A DNA stretch of 61,972 nt from an uncultured Eubacteriales bacterium (lineage in GTDB: Bacteria; Acidobacteriota; Aminicenantia; Aminicenantales; Aminicenantaceae): assembly GCA_964550165.1 (NCBI GenBank), contig CAZJYC010000005.1, positions 1 through 61,972 on the forward strand. Direction: 5' to 3'. Of this stretch, positions 38,468 to 47,713 are shown one piece after another. The stretch's first letter is position 1. Each line of letters begins with the position of its first letter. The notes under the pieces are model-generated. The model was given only the letters and a program-made list of their open reading frames with translations. It did not search any database and was not told the origin of the DNA. The position numbers were made by a program, and so were the translations under genes.

Positions 38468-38647
38468 GCTCCGGCTATGCGGTTCAAAAACACGCCGCTT
38501 TTTCCCCAGCGAGGCAAAAGCGGCTCGGTTTCAGGCTTCGCTCACAGAAAAAGGGGACTGTCCCTTTTTATTAGAGGGACAGTCCCCTTTTTCTGCACCG
38601 TGCCCGGCTCAGCCTTCAAACGGTTTTTTCACCGCATAGCCTCCGCA
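38468..38647 (+). repeat. A-type dispersed repeat, copy with TIRs and an internal 46-nt perfect palindrome insertion
   Basis: Head gctccggctatgcggttcaaaaacacgccgc. Tail gttttttcaccgcatagcctccgca, which is the inverted complement of the head. Internal hairpin aaaaaggggactgtccc-tttttattaga-gggacagtccccttttt at 38547-38592. Confidence 0.8.
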
Positions 38648-38752
38648 CAGCATAGAATAGGCCGGCAATAAAATAGCAGTCTGAAGAGATACATTTCTCC
38701 AAGAAAAGGAAGAGAATCAAGTTGGATGATAAACTGAATGAGATTAAATACA

Positions 38753-38816
38753 GGGCTCCGGCTATGCGGTTCAAAAACACGCCGCTTTTCTGTCTTGAGC
38801 CACTCTGCCTGAGCCT
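38753..38816 (+). repeat. A-type repeat, head fragment
   Basis: gggctccggctatgcggttcaaaaacacgccgcttttctgtcttgagccactctgcctgagcc. The gcctgagcc tail also ends the copy at 27368-27476. Confidence 0.65.
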
Positions 38817-38917
38817 TCCTTTTTTATCTTTGACACGGGCTTTTGTCTTGTGATAATTTTAGCAACAAAAAAATGGCCATTCTGGCTGAACGAGCTTACT
38901 AAAAAGGAGGAGAAAAT

Positions 38918-41900
38918 TTGAGAAAAGGAAATTTTTCACATCAATTTTTGCTGGTCCTGAGTATTGTTATAATCCTTGGCGTTCTTATTGGCGCGAAAAA
39001 AGTGAAGAAGGATGATGAGCCTCTTTTGACATCCAACATGCTTAAAGGGCTTCAATGGAGGTGTATTGGCCCAGCCAACATGGGAGGCAGGATTGACGAT
39101 TTTGCTGTTGTCGAAAGCGACCCAAAAGTCTTTTATGTGGCCACGGCTTCAGGGGGAGTCTGGAAGACAGTCAATAACGGTGTGACCTGGGACCCCATCT
39201 TCGATGACCAGAACACAAGCACGATCGGCGATGTGACAGTCTCTCCCTCCAATCCGGATCTTGTCTGGGTTGGAACGGGAGAGCCCAACAACCGTCAGAG
39301 CTCTTCCTGGGGAGACGGCGTTTATAAATCCAGCGACGGCGGAAAAACATGGAAAAACATGGGTCTTCGGGATACCCATCACATCGGCCGTATCGTCATT
39401 CATCCTGCCAATCCCGACATCGTTTATGTCGCTGCCCTTGGGCATCTCTGGGGACCGAACAAGGAAAGAGGCTTGTTCAAGACTGTTGACGCGGGAAAGA
39501 CCTGGGTCAACACCAAGTTTATTGACGAAAACACAGGCTTTGTCGATGTGGCTATGGACCCGGAAAATCCCGATACGCTGTATGCAGCAGCCTACCAGAG
39601 GCAGCGCCGGGGCTGGGGCTTTAGCGGAGGAGGGCCTGGGAGTGGACTTTACAAGACCACAGACGGCGGAGAAACCTGGCAGCTCCTGACAAACGGGTTG
39701 CCTTCGGGTGCGACAGGCAGGATCGGAATCGATATCTTCCGCAGCAACCCTAGTATTGTCTATGCCATCATCGAACACAGGCAGGGAGGCGTTTTTCGCT
39801 CTGATGATAAGGGGATGACATGGCAGCAAATGTCCAGCACCAACCCCAGGCCGATGTACTACAGCAAGATCCGTATCGACCCTGCCAACGACCAGAGAAT
39901 CTGGGTGCTCGGCGCTTCGATGTATGTCTCCGAGGACGGAGGAAAAACATTTCGGACCGATTATGTCAGAAGAGTCCACGGCGACCATCATGCGATGTGG
40001 ATTAATCCAAAAGATTCCAACCATATGATTCTCGGCTCAGATGGAGGAATCTATTTTTCCTATGACCGCGGCCGGACCTGGGATTTTGTCAATTCCCTTC
40101 CTCTGGGGCAGTTCTATGAGGTCGGCTTTGATATGCGCAAGCCCTACTATGTCTATGGCGGGCTGCAGGATAACGGAAGCTGGGGGGGTCCGAGCGCAAC
40201 CTGGTACGCGACAGGAATTACCAACGAAGACTGGGCCAGAGTCGGCGGTGGCGACGGTTTTTACGTCCAGGTTGACCCTACGGATTACAACGTCATCTAT
40301 GCCGAATCGCAGACCGGGAACATTTTCCGCTTTGATCTAAAGACAGGAGAGAGTAAATCGATAAGGCCCGAGCCGGAGGATGAGAACGAGAATTACAGGT
40401 TCAACTGGAACTCTCCGATCCTTATCTCCCCTCATGACCACAAGACAATTTATTTTGGCGGGAACAAGCTTTTTAATTCCAGAGACAGAGGAGAGACATG
40501 GGAAGCTTCGATTGACCTCACCACCCAGCAGGACAGAGAAAAGTTGCCTCTTATGGGGATCCTTCCTGACAGGGATACGCTCTCCCGTCATGACGGAATC
40601 GCCTACTACGGGGATATCACCACCATTTCTGAATCGCCGCTTAGAGAAGGCCTTCTCTATGTCGGGACGGATGACGGCAATGTCCAGGTCTCTCGCGACG
40701 GCGGAAAAACATGGAAGAATGTGATCAGCAAAGTTCCCGGAATGCCCAAATTGACCTATGTGACGCGGCTTGTTGCCTCCCGCTTTGAGGAAGGGACAGT
40801 CTATGCCACCTTTGACGGCCACCGCAACGATGACTTTAAAGCTTACGTTTTCGTCTCAGCCGATTATGGCGAGAGCTGGAAGAATATTTCCGGAAGCCTG
40901 CCTGAAGGCGGCATTGTCAACGTGATCAGAGAACATCCGCGCAACCCCAACCTTCTCTTTGTCGGAACAGAGCGGGGGGCTTATTTCTCCATAGATCGGG
41001 GAAAAAACTGGATAAAGTTTGAGAATGATTTTCCGATTGTTCCCGTGGATGACATCGCCGTTCATCCCAGGGAGAATGACCTGATTTTTGGCACGCACGG
41101 CCGGAGCGTCTGGATTCTGGATGATATTACTCCTTTGGAACAGTCAACTCCTGAGGTGCTCGCTTCCAGGAGCTATCTTTTTGATATCCGCAATGCGGTG
41201 ATCTACAGCCCTTATTACCACAAAGGCACTCTGGGCCACAAAATCTTTGTCGCCCTGAATCCTCCCTATGGGGCGATGATCAGCTACTACCTGAAGGAAG
41301 AGCCGAATGAGAGCGTCAAGATAGTTGTCCAGGACGGCGAGGGCCGAGAGGTCAGAGAACTCGACGGGACAAAGGATGCAGGCATCAACCGCTTCACCTG
41401 GGATTTGAGGTATGGACCGCCGGCGGCACAGGTGGAGGGGATGATGGGCCGCTTCAGAGCCTCAGGGCCGTTTGTTCTGCCCGGGGAGTATAGGGTGACA
41501 CTCAAAGCCGCTGGCCAGGAAACGACAAAGTCGGTGACCGTCGAAGGCGACCCAAGGATCGACATTTCTTTCGAAGACAGGAAAGCCCAGCATGATGCGC
41601 TGCTCAGCCTTCAGAATTGCTATCCGGCCCTCTCAGCGGCACGAACGACTTCGGAATATATCAGGAATGAGCTCGAGAAGCTGGACAGGGCTCTGAAAAA
41701 GCTCCCGGATGTTCCTCAAACCGTTACGGATAAGATCAAGGCCATGGCGGACGAAATCAAAGACATTCGCTTGAAACTTGAAGGCGACCGCGAAGCAGGC
41801 TTTGGGGGAATTCGCGCTTCGGTTATGGGACGGCTGGGGAGCCTAGCCAGGTCCATTGGAGGCTATACCGGAGCACCTTCTGAGCGCCAGGTCAAGAAGA

Positions 41901-42043
41901 TTCCGCAAATCACCGAGGAGCTGAGATCATTGGTGGAGAGGATCAACAGGGTCATTGAGGTTGACATTCCTGCGCTCAACAAAGTGCTCAACGAGAACAA
42001 TATTCCGCATATTTTCCCGGTAAAAAAGATCAAGCTCGATTAG
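38918..42043 (+). CDS. Large BNR/Asp-box repeat beta-propeller protein (sortilin/VPS10-like or GH74-like), N-terminally anchored
   Basis: N-terminal TM (FLLVLSIVIILGVLIGA). At least ten S-x-D-x-G-x-T-W Asp-boxes (SSDGGKTWKN, TVDAGKTWVN, TTDGGETWQ, SDDKGMTWQQ, SEDGGKTF, SYDRGRTWDF, SRDRGETWEA, SRDGGKTWKN, SADYGESWKN, SIDRGKNWIK). Confidence 0.7.
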   Translation: MRKGNFSHQFLLVLSIVIILGVLIGAKKVKKDDEPLLTSNMLKGLQWRCIGPANMGGRIDDFAVVESDPKVFYVATASGGVWKTVNNGVTWDPIFDDQNTSTIGDVTVSPSNPDLVWVGTGEPNNRQSSSWGDGVYKSSDGGKTWKNMGLRDTHHIGRIVIHPANPDIVYVAALGHLWGPNKERGLFKTVDAGKTWVNTKFIDENTGFVDVAMDPENPDTLYAAAYQRQRRGWGFSGGGPGSGLYKTTDGGETWQLLTNGLPSGATGRIGIDIFRSNPSIVYAIIEHRQGGVFRSDDKGMTWQQMSSTNPRPMYYSKIRIDPANDQRIWVLGASMYVSEDGGKTFRTDYVRRVHGDHHAMWINPKDSNHMILGSDGGIYFSYDRGRTWDFVNSLPLGQFYEVGFDMRKPYYVYGGLQDNGSWGGPSATWYATGITNEDWARVGGGDGFYVQVDPTDYNVIYAESQTGNIFRFDLKTGESKSIRPEPEDENENYRFNWNSPILISPHDHKTIYFGGNKLFNSRDRGETWEASIDLTTQQDREKLPLMGILPDRDTLSRHDGIAYYGDITTISESPLREGLLYVGTDDGNVQVSRDGGKTWKNVISKVPGMPKLTYVTRLVASRFEEGTVYATFDGHRNDDFKAYVFVSADYGESWKNISGSLPEGGIVNVIREHPRNPNLLFVGTERGAYFSIDRGKNWIKFENDFPIVPVDDIAVHPRENDLIFGTHGRSVWILDDITPLEQSTPEVLASRSYLFDIRNAVIYSPYYHKGTLGHKIFVALNPPYGAMISYYLKEEPNESVKIVVQDGEGREVRELDGTKDAGINRFTWDLRYGPPAAQVEGMMGRFRASGPFVLPGEYRVTLKAAGQETTKSVTVEGDPRIDISFEDRKAQHDALLSLQNCYPALSAARTTSEYIRNELEKLDRALKKLPDVPQTVTDKIKAMADEIKDIRLKLEGDREAGFGGIRASVMGRLGSLARSIGGYTGAPSERQVKKIPQITEELRSLVERINRVIEVDIPALNKVLNENNIPHIFPVKKIKLD

Positions 42044-42418
42044 CTTGACGTAAGCATCTTTTTTCCGTGAAGGCATATGATGACAAAAACCAACTCTAAG
42101 AGTGCTGGTTTCCGTCCTTCCTCGCCAAAGACCCTCCCACTCACCACCGTGGGCTTCGGAGGACGGAAACCAGCGCCTCCCTTCCTCACTCTATCAAATC
42201 TCTTTTCTCATCACAGGGAAAAAGATGGTTCCTAGCTTGACCGACCAAGACAGGAATTTCTGGAAAGAAGCGGCGCTAATAAATTTAAAGGGAAGCGAGG
42301 CCTTTCAGGTGAGCTTTTTCTTTGGAGAAGCGAATTGATAGGGATGAAGCCGCGAAAGATAGTCCTTGGTCGAGAGGAAGTTCAGGATTTAGGGCAGAAG
42401 GGATCGTTCGTTGAGAAA

Positions 42419-42928
42419 ATGAGGATAAAAAAGATAATATTTTTTCTTCTTTTGGGGCTTTCGCTGGAGGTTTTCCTTCCGCACTGCAAAGATGGATCGC
42501 AGGTGAAGGGCGTCTCCGTTGAGGTCAGCTTTTCTGAAGCCGTTTTAACAGATAATTTGCTTGTCGATATGGAGTACAAGTGGAGGACAAAGAAAAATTA
42601 TGTCCAGGTCGAAGAAAAATGCAGCGTTTTTGTGCACTTCTGGCATCGCAGTAACCTTCTTTTCTACGATAACCACCTTCCCGAGATTCCTCCTTCGCGA
42701 TGGGAGCCTGAAAAAGAATACATCTATACCCGAAGAATCTATTTTCCTCGTTTTATCGATGCCCGTGACCCTGAGTTCAAAGGAAGAGAAATCCTGAGAC
42801 TGTCTGTCGGGTTTGCATTCCCCTCTTCAAGCCCGGGAAAGCCCTTAAGGAAAATTTTCGAGAGAAAACTGAAAGTATTTCCTCATTCTGGAACACCTGA
42901 TATCAGCTTTGAAGCGGGGCTGGAATGA
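42419..42928 (+). CDS. Hypothetical secreted protein
   Basis: Signal peptide MRIKKIIFFLLLGLSLEVFLP from the internal ATG. No recognisable family. Confidence 0.4.
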   Translation: MRIKKIIFFLLLGLSLEVFLPHCKDGSQVKGVSVEVSFSEAVLTDNLLVDMEYKWRTKKNYVQVEEKCSVFVHFWHRSNLLFYDNHLPEIPPSRWEPEKEYIYTRRIYFPRFIDARDPEFKGREILRLSVGFAFPSSSPGKPLRKIFERKLKVFPHSGTPDISFEAGLE

Positions 42929-42982
42929 TTGGGAGATAAATCTGGAAGCCTTACTCTCAGCTTCTGACTTTTGATCTGGGAC

Positions 42983-43522
42983 TTATCTTATGATTTGTCC
43001 GCGCAGCCTCTCCAGCTCTTCCCTAATTTTTTTCTCTTGTTCTTGAGCCATTTCGATTCTTTGCGAAATTTCGCTGATTTCTCTCTGGATGTTGCTCCTG
43101 TCGGCCGTATCATCCATGCTGTAGAATTCCTGCCAGAGGCCGTTCAGCCTTGTGCTTAACAGGCTGACGTATTCTCCGGCGTGAACCAGCTTTTCCTCAA
43201 GATCAGCAATCATTTTTTGAGCATCTTCTTCGGATAAATTTTCTGGGGTTCCAGGCGGCGCTGCTTCAGGAGCCATTTCCGCAGGGGGAGTTGTTTCTGG
43301 AGGCATTTCAGGCGTGAAAGCTGATGGAGGAGGGACATCGATAGCCGGCCTTTTCTTAAGACCTCTCAAGTCAGAATTAGTGACAACGATGACTTTTCTG
43401 CCTTTTAAACTTTCCCTTCTTTCTCTTTCTCTTTTGGCATAGTCAACTAAGTTTTGGGAAAAGAGAATAGAAGAAAGGAATAAAGGGAGAGAAAACACCA
43501 AGGTTGTTTTTTTGAGACTCAT
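42983..43522 (-). CDS. Hypothetical secreted protein with a Pro/Glu-rich linker and a C-terminal coiled coil
   Basis: Signal peptide MSLKKTTLVFSLPLFLSSILFSQN. PPETTPPAEMAPEAAPPGTPE low-complexity linker. Confidence 0.45.
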   Translation of the reverse strand: MSLKKTTLVFSLPLFLSSILFSQNLVDYAKRERERRESLKGRKVIVVTNSDLRGLKKRPAIDVPPPSAFTPEMPPETTPPAEMAPEAAPPGTPENLSEEDAQKMIADLEEKLVHAGEYVSLLSTRLNGLWQEFYSMDDTADRSNIQREISEISQRIEMAQEQEKKIREELERLRGQIIR

Positions 43523-43566
43523 TTTTTTTCTCTATGCCGTAATTTTATAAAATAAAAAGAGTTATG

Positions 43567-45957
43567 TCAATCAGGGAGAGAAAAAAATGCGGCTGTCCGC
43601 ACAGAAATCTTCCGGCCATCCGATGAGACCTCGATGGCTCCCTGGATATCGGTGCGGTAAACCTTCGCTCCCAAGGCGCGATATCTTTCGAGAACATCTT
43701 GATTGGGGAATCCGTAGCTGTTCCCTTCACCGACGGAAATCACAACGATGCCAGGGGCAACACTCTCCAGAAAGGCATTCGAACTTGAAGAGCGGCTTCC
43801 GTGGTGGGGGGATTTTAGAACCTGAGACTTGATATCATCGGCATGTTCGATAATCGCTTTTTCCGAATCCATGCCGATATCGCCGGTAAGAAGAAAAGAA
43901 GTCTTACCGTAAGTGATTCTGAGCACCAGAGACTGTTCGTTGTCCGCGCTGCCCACGTAAGGATTCCCCCGCTCAGGATGGAGAACATCGATTGTGATAT
44001 CTTTTTCTTGGCGGGAGTCGCCGCGGAACAGTCTTTTGCGCGGAACAGACTCTGGAATTAGCCTTTTTAATTCCCTGTAAGTCTGGCTGCGGGTCGGGCT
44101 GAAGGCTTCCCAGTATTCGCCAATCTTGAAGTTTCTCTCCACGGCAATGAGTCCGTTGAGATGGTCGGGGTGGGCATGGCTCAGGACCAGATAATGAATT
44201 TTTTTGATTCCTTTTCTCCAGAGAAAAGGGGAGACGACATTTTCTCCGATGTCGAAGCTTCCTTCAGGAAAACCGCCGCCGTCGATGAGCATTTTCTTTT
44301 GCCCCGGGAATTCGACAAGCATGGATTCTCCCTGTCCGACATCGATCAGAATGAGCTTCAGGTTTTTGGACAGGGATGGAAACGGATAAGTGATGGTGAT
44401 GCCCAGGAAGGCAAGAAAGCAAAGGGCAAGCACAAGTTTCTGTCTCTTGAATTTTGGGGGAAAGGCCAGAAGATAAAGAAAGAGGAAATAACCCAGCAGG
44501 GTGAGCTTATGGGGGGTGGGAATCCGGTAAGAAACCATGGAGACTTTATCCAGAGAATGCGAATACATGATGAGCAAATCTATGAGATATTTTATGCCCT
44601 TGGCAATGTGTTGAGCCAGAGTTGGACTGAGAAAAGAGAAAGGAAGGAAAATATAGCCGGTGGCCATGATGATTCCTACCAGAGGCAAGGCGACAAAATT
44701 GAGGATGAGGGAGGAAAAGGTCACCCGGTTGAAAGAGCTGGCGATAAGAGGAAGAACCCCAAGCTGGGCGGTGAGGGAGAGGGCAAAGATTTCGCTGATT
44801 CTTAAGGGAAGCTTGGGAAGGGATTTGATGATTTTCGGGAAAAAAATAATTATGGAAAAAGTGGCGGCAAAAGTCAGCTGAAAGCCGAGATCAAAGAGGT
44901 TGAAGGGATTGGCCAGAAGGAGAAAGAAGGCGGCGACGGAGATGGTGTTGATGAGGTTGACCTTTTTCCAGATAAGTTTGCCCAAGAGAAAAATCAGAGT
45001 CATGATTGTGGCCCTCATCACCGAAGGCCTTCCTTCCACCAAAAAAGCAAAGAAAAGAAGAAAGCCTATGAGGAGGAGATACGAGAGACGCTGGGGAACT
45101 CTCAAGAGCTTGAAGAATGAGAAAAGGAAGAAAGAAAGAATGGCGATATGGGCTCCAGAGATGGCAAAGAGATGAAAGATGCCGGCATTCTGAAGGGAGA
45201 GAGTCACGGCGGGATCCATTCTCGCTCTCTCCCCGAGAAGAAGGGCCTCAAGAACGGCTCCTTGAGAGGAGAGAGAATTTGTGTCTGAAGAGAGAAAATG
45301 CTTTTCGATTTGACGCTGTAATTTCTGGCGAAGGGCTGAGATGAGGCGGAGAGGGAAATATTCTCTCCCTGATTCCAGTTTTTGCACGAGAAGAAGACTT
45401 TTGGAAAAGGCCCTGCTGTGGATCTTCTGGCTTTTGAGGTAGGCCTCTAAGGTGGGTGTCTTGAAATTTCTGAATCCCTTATAGGGCAAGATGCGCGCCG
45501 AGACCTTGATTTTGTCCGTAACGAAAAGGTTGAGAGGTGTCGCGTATTCTGAAGAACGGGGAATTGAGACCCGAAGGTTCCCTCTCACTTCTTCCACCTT
45601 ATTCTGGTAGGCGACTTTTTCCACTTTTAAAAAAAGAAAATCGTTCTCCCGACCGTGGTCGGGCGATCGGGATAACCTGCCATAAAAATCGAGATAACCC
45701 GCATGTTTGAGTTTCCGCAGAGAATTTTCTTCATAACTCCTGTTGGAGAAGGAATAGAGGCTTGCGCCAAAAAAAAGAGTCGTCAAAAGAATAAAAATAA
45801 AACAGAGTTTGTCTCTTCTGTATACATAAAACAGCCAGGCGCAGCCGAGGCAGAAGAGAAGCGCCACAACGCAGGACAGCGTGGGAAGAAACAGAAAAGA
45901 GGCAAAGAAAATTCCTAACGCCAGTGACAATGCCAAGAAAAGGAAGGGAAAAGGCAT
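43567..45957 (-). CDS. comEC: DNA internalization competence protein ComEC/Rec2
   Basis: Polytopic competence domain. C-terminal metallo-beta-lactamase HxHxDH motif LVLSHAHPDHLNGL. 796 aa. Confidence 0.85.
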   Translation of the reverse strand: MPFPFLFLALSLALGIFFASFLFLPTLSCVVALLFCLGCAWLFYVYRRDKLCFIFILLTTLFFGASLYSFSNRSYEENSLRKLKHAGYLDFYGRLSRSPDHGRENDFLFLKVEKVAYQNKVEEVRGNLRVSIPRSSEYATPLNLFVTDKIKVSARILPYKGFRNFKTPTLEAYLKSQKIHSRAFSKSLLLVQKLESGREYFPLRLISALRQKLQRQIEKHFLSSDTNSLSSQGAVLEALLLGERARMDPAVTLSLQNAGIFHLFAISGAHIAILSFFLFSFFKLLRVPQRLSYLLLIGFLLFFAFLVEGRPSVMRATIMTLIFLLGKLIWKKVNLINTISVAAFFLLLANPFNLFDLGFQLTFAATFSIIIFFPKIIKSLPKLPLRISEIFALSLTAQLGVLPLIASSFNRVTFSSLILNFVALPLVGIIMATGYIFLPFSFLSPTLAQHIAKGIKYLIDLLIMYSHSLDKVSMVSYRIPTPHKLTLLGYFLFLYLLAFPPKFKRQKLVLALCFLAFLGITITYPFPSLSKNLKLILIDVGQGESMLVEFPGQKKMLIDGGGFPEGSFDIGENVVSPFLWRKGIKKIHYLVLSHAHPDHLNGLIAVERNFKIGEYWEAFSPTRSQTYRELKRLIPESVPRKRLFRGDSRQEKDITIDVLHPERGNPYVGSADNEQSLVLRITYGKTSFLLTGDIGMDSEKAIIEHADDIKSQVLKSPHHGSRSSSSNAFLESVAPGIVVISVGEGNSYGFPNQDVLERYRALGAKVYRTDIQGAIEVSSDGRKISVRTAAFFSLPD

Positions 45958-45969
45958 CAGCTTAGAGAT

Positions 45970-47265
45970 TTACTGGTATTCATATTCAGCAGTGCTCTGC
46001 CGCTCCAGACAATCCAGGAGGAGGTGGCACATGATTTTGATTCCCAAAGGGATGCTTTGTTCGTCAGAATTGAAATAAGGGCTATGGAGAGGGGCCATGG
46101 TTTCCTCTGCGGGATTTTTCACGCCCAGGAAAAAATAGAAGCCAGGAATCTTCTGGCAGAAATAGGAAAAGTCTTCGGCAATCATTTGGGGACGCAGTCC
46201 TTTCACTTTCTCTGCCCCAAGGACATCGACGAGAGTCGGCCGCATGATCGCAGCCAATTCCGGGTGGTTGTAGACCGAAGGACAGCCTTCTCTGTAAATC
46301 AAGGTGTATTCTGCTCCGAAAGACTGGGTAATTCCTTTCACGATATTTTCTATCGCTTTAGGGATTTTCTTTCTGTTTTCATCGCTCAGGGTTCTGACAG
46401 TGCCCTCAAGATAGACCTCTTCGGCGATGATGTTTGACGTTGTGCCGCCTTCAATCTTCCCAATGGTCAGCACTGCAGGGTCGGTGGGGTCGATTGTCCG
46501 GCTGACAACGGCCTGGAGGCTTTGAATGACCTCCGCGGCAACGACGATGGCATCGATCCCTTCATAGGGACGAGCGCCGTGGGAGCTTTTTCCTGTGATG
46601 GTCATTCGGAACCAGTCAGAGTTTGCGGTTATGGGACCCGGAGAGAAGAAAACTTCACCTACATTTTCAGGCCAGACATGGAGTCCAAAGATCGCACCGA
46701 CAGAGGGATTTTCCAGAACTTTCTCCTTGATCATCAGCTTTGCTCCCTCTTCCTCCTGGGCTGAACCTTCTTCAGCGGGTTGAAAAATAAATTTGATGTT
46801 GCCCTTGATTTTGTCTTTTAAGGCAGAGAGGACCATAGCGGTTCCCAAAGCTATGGACATATGAATGTCGTGTCCGCAGGCATGCATCACTCCCGCGTTT
46901 AAAGACTTAAAGGGGACATCCGCCATTTCTTGAATGGGCAAGGCGTCCATGTCAGCCCTGTAGCCGACGGTCAGCCCCTGTTTTTCACCTCGAAGCAGGC
47001 CGACAACGCCAGTCTTGGCCACATTGGTTTTCACCTCAAGGCCCGATGACATGAGCTTGGACGCCACCAGCTTCGCTGTTTGATACTCCTGATTACCCAG
47101 TTCCGGGTTCATGTGGAGGAAGCGACGGATTTTTATGATCTCACTTATGTGTTTCTGGATTTTTTCTTCGATGAGAAGCGATGTGGTTTTGTCCACGGGG
47201 AATGCTCGAAGGGAAAAAAAAGCCAGAGAGAAAAAGACTATTTTCAGCTTGAAGCTGACTTTCAT
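45970..47265 (-). CDS. M20D-family amidohydrolase/peptidase (hippuricase-like), secreted
   Basis: Signal peptide. M20 metal-binding region GHDIHMSIALGTAMVLSAL...IKFIFQPAEEG. Confidence 0.75.
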   Translation of the reverse strand: MKVSFKLKIVFFSLAFFSLRAFPVDKTTSLLIEEKIQKHISEIIKIRRFLHMNPELGNQEYQTAKLVASKLMSSGLEVKTNVAKTGVVGLLRGEKQGLTVGYRADMDALPIQEMADVPFKSLNAGVMHACGHDIHMSIALGTAMVLSALKDKIKGNIKFIFQPAEEGSAQEEEGAKLMIKEKVLENPSVGAIFGLHVWPENVGEVFFSPGPITANSDWFRMTITGKSSHGARPYEGIDAIVVAAEVIQSLQAVVSRTIDPTDPAVLTIGKIEGGTTSNIIAEEVYLEGTVRTLSDENRKKIPKAIENIVKGITQSFGAEYTLIYREGCPSVYNHPELAAIMRPTLVDVLGAEKVKGLRPQMIAEDFSYFCQKIPGFYFFLGVKNPAEETMAPLHSPYFNSDEQSIPLGIKIMCHLLLDCLERQSTAEYEYQ

Positions 47266-47713
47266 GGCTACATGTTAGAATTGGATGAGGGGAAAGTCAA
47301 GAAACCTGGGGAAAACATCTATATTGAGGGAAAGGAAATTGCTTTTTTATTGCAGTGGCCAAGCGACCATATTAAAATTGACGGACGTTGTAAAATTACC
47401 CCTTGAGATTGCAGCCCAAATTAACCCTAAAACCGGTTCGAAATGGGGGAATACTCTTGATGTGTGCTCATGACGCAATTTTACGATTTTTTATTGACAA
47501 AAATTTTTTTTCTCTAATCTATAATTCATTCAACAGATTATAATTAATGCTTAGGTTTGGAAAATAAAAATTGTTAACAAAAAGTGCCAGAAGTCTTTTC
47601 TTCACAAAAAAGGACAAATTAGATAGACGAGCTTGGGCCATTTTTAAAAAATATGGTCCTCTTCCAAGAATAAAGAATGAAGAAATAGAAGTATGCTATT
47701 TTGGGAGAATTAA

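Noticed and set aside
39149-40024. 291-aa minus-strand ORF
   Set aside because: Antisense to the BNR/Asp-box protein gene, whose frame shows ten regular Asp-box motifs. There is no Shine-Dalgarno and no family signal.
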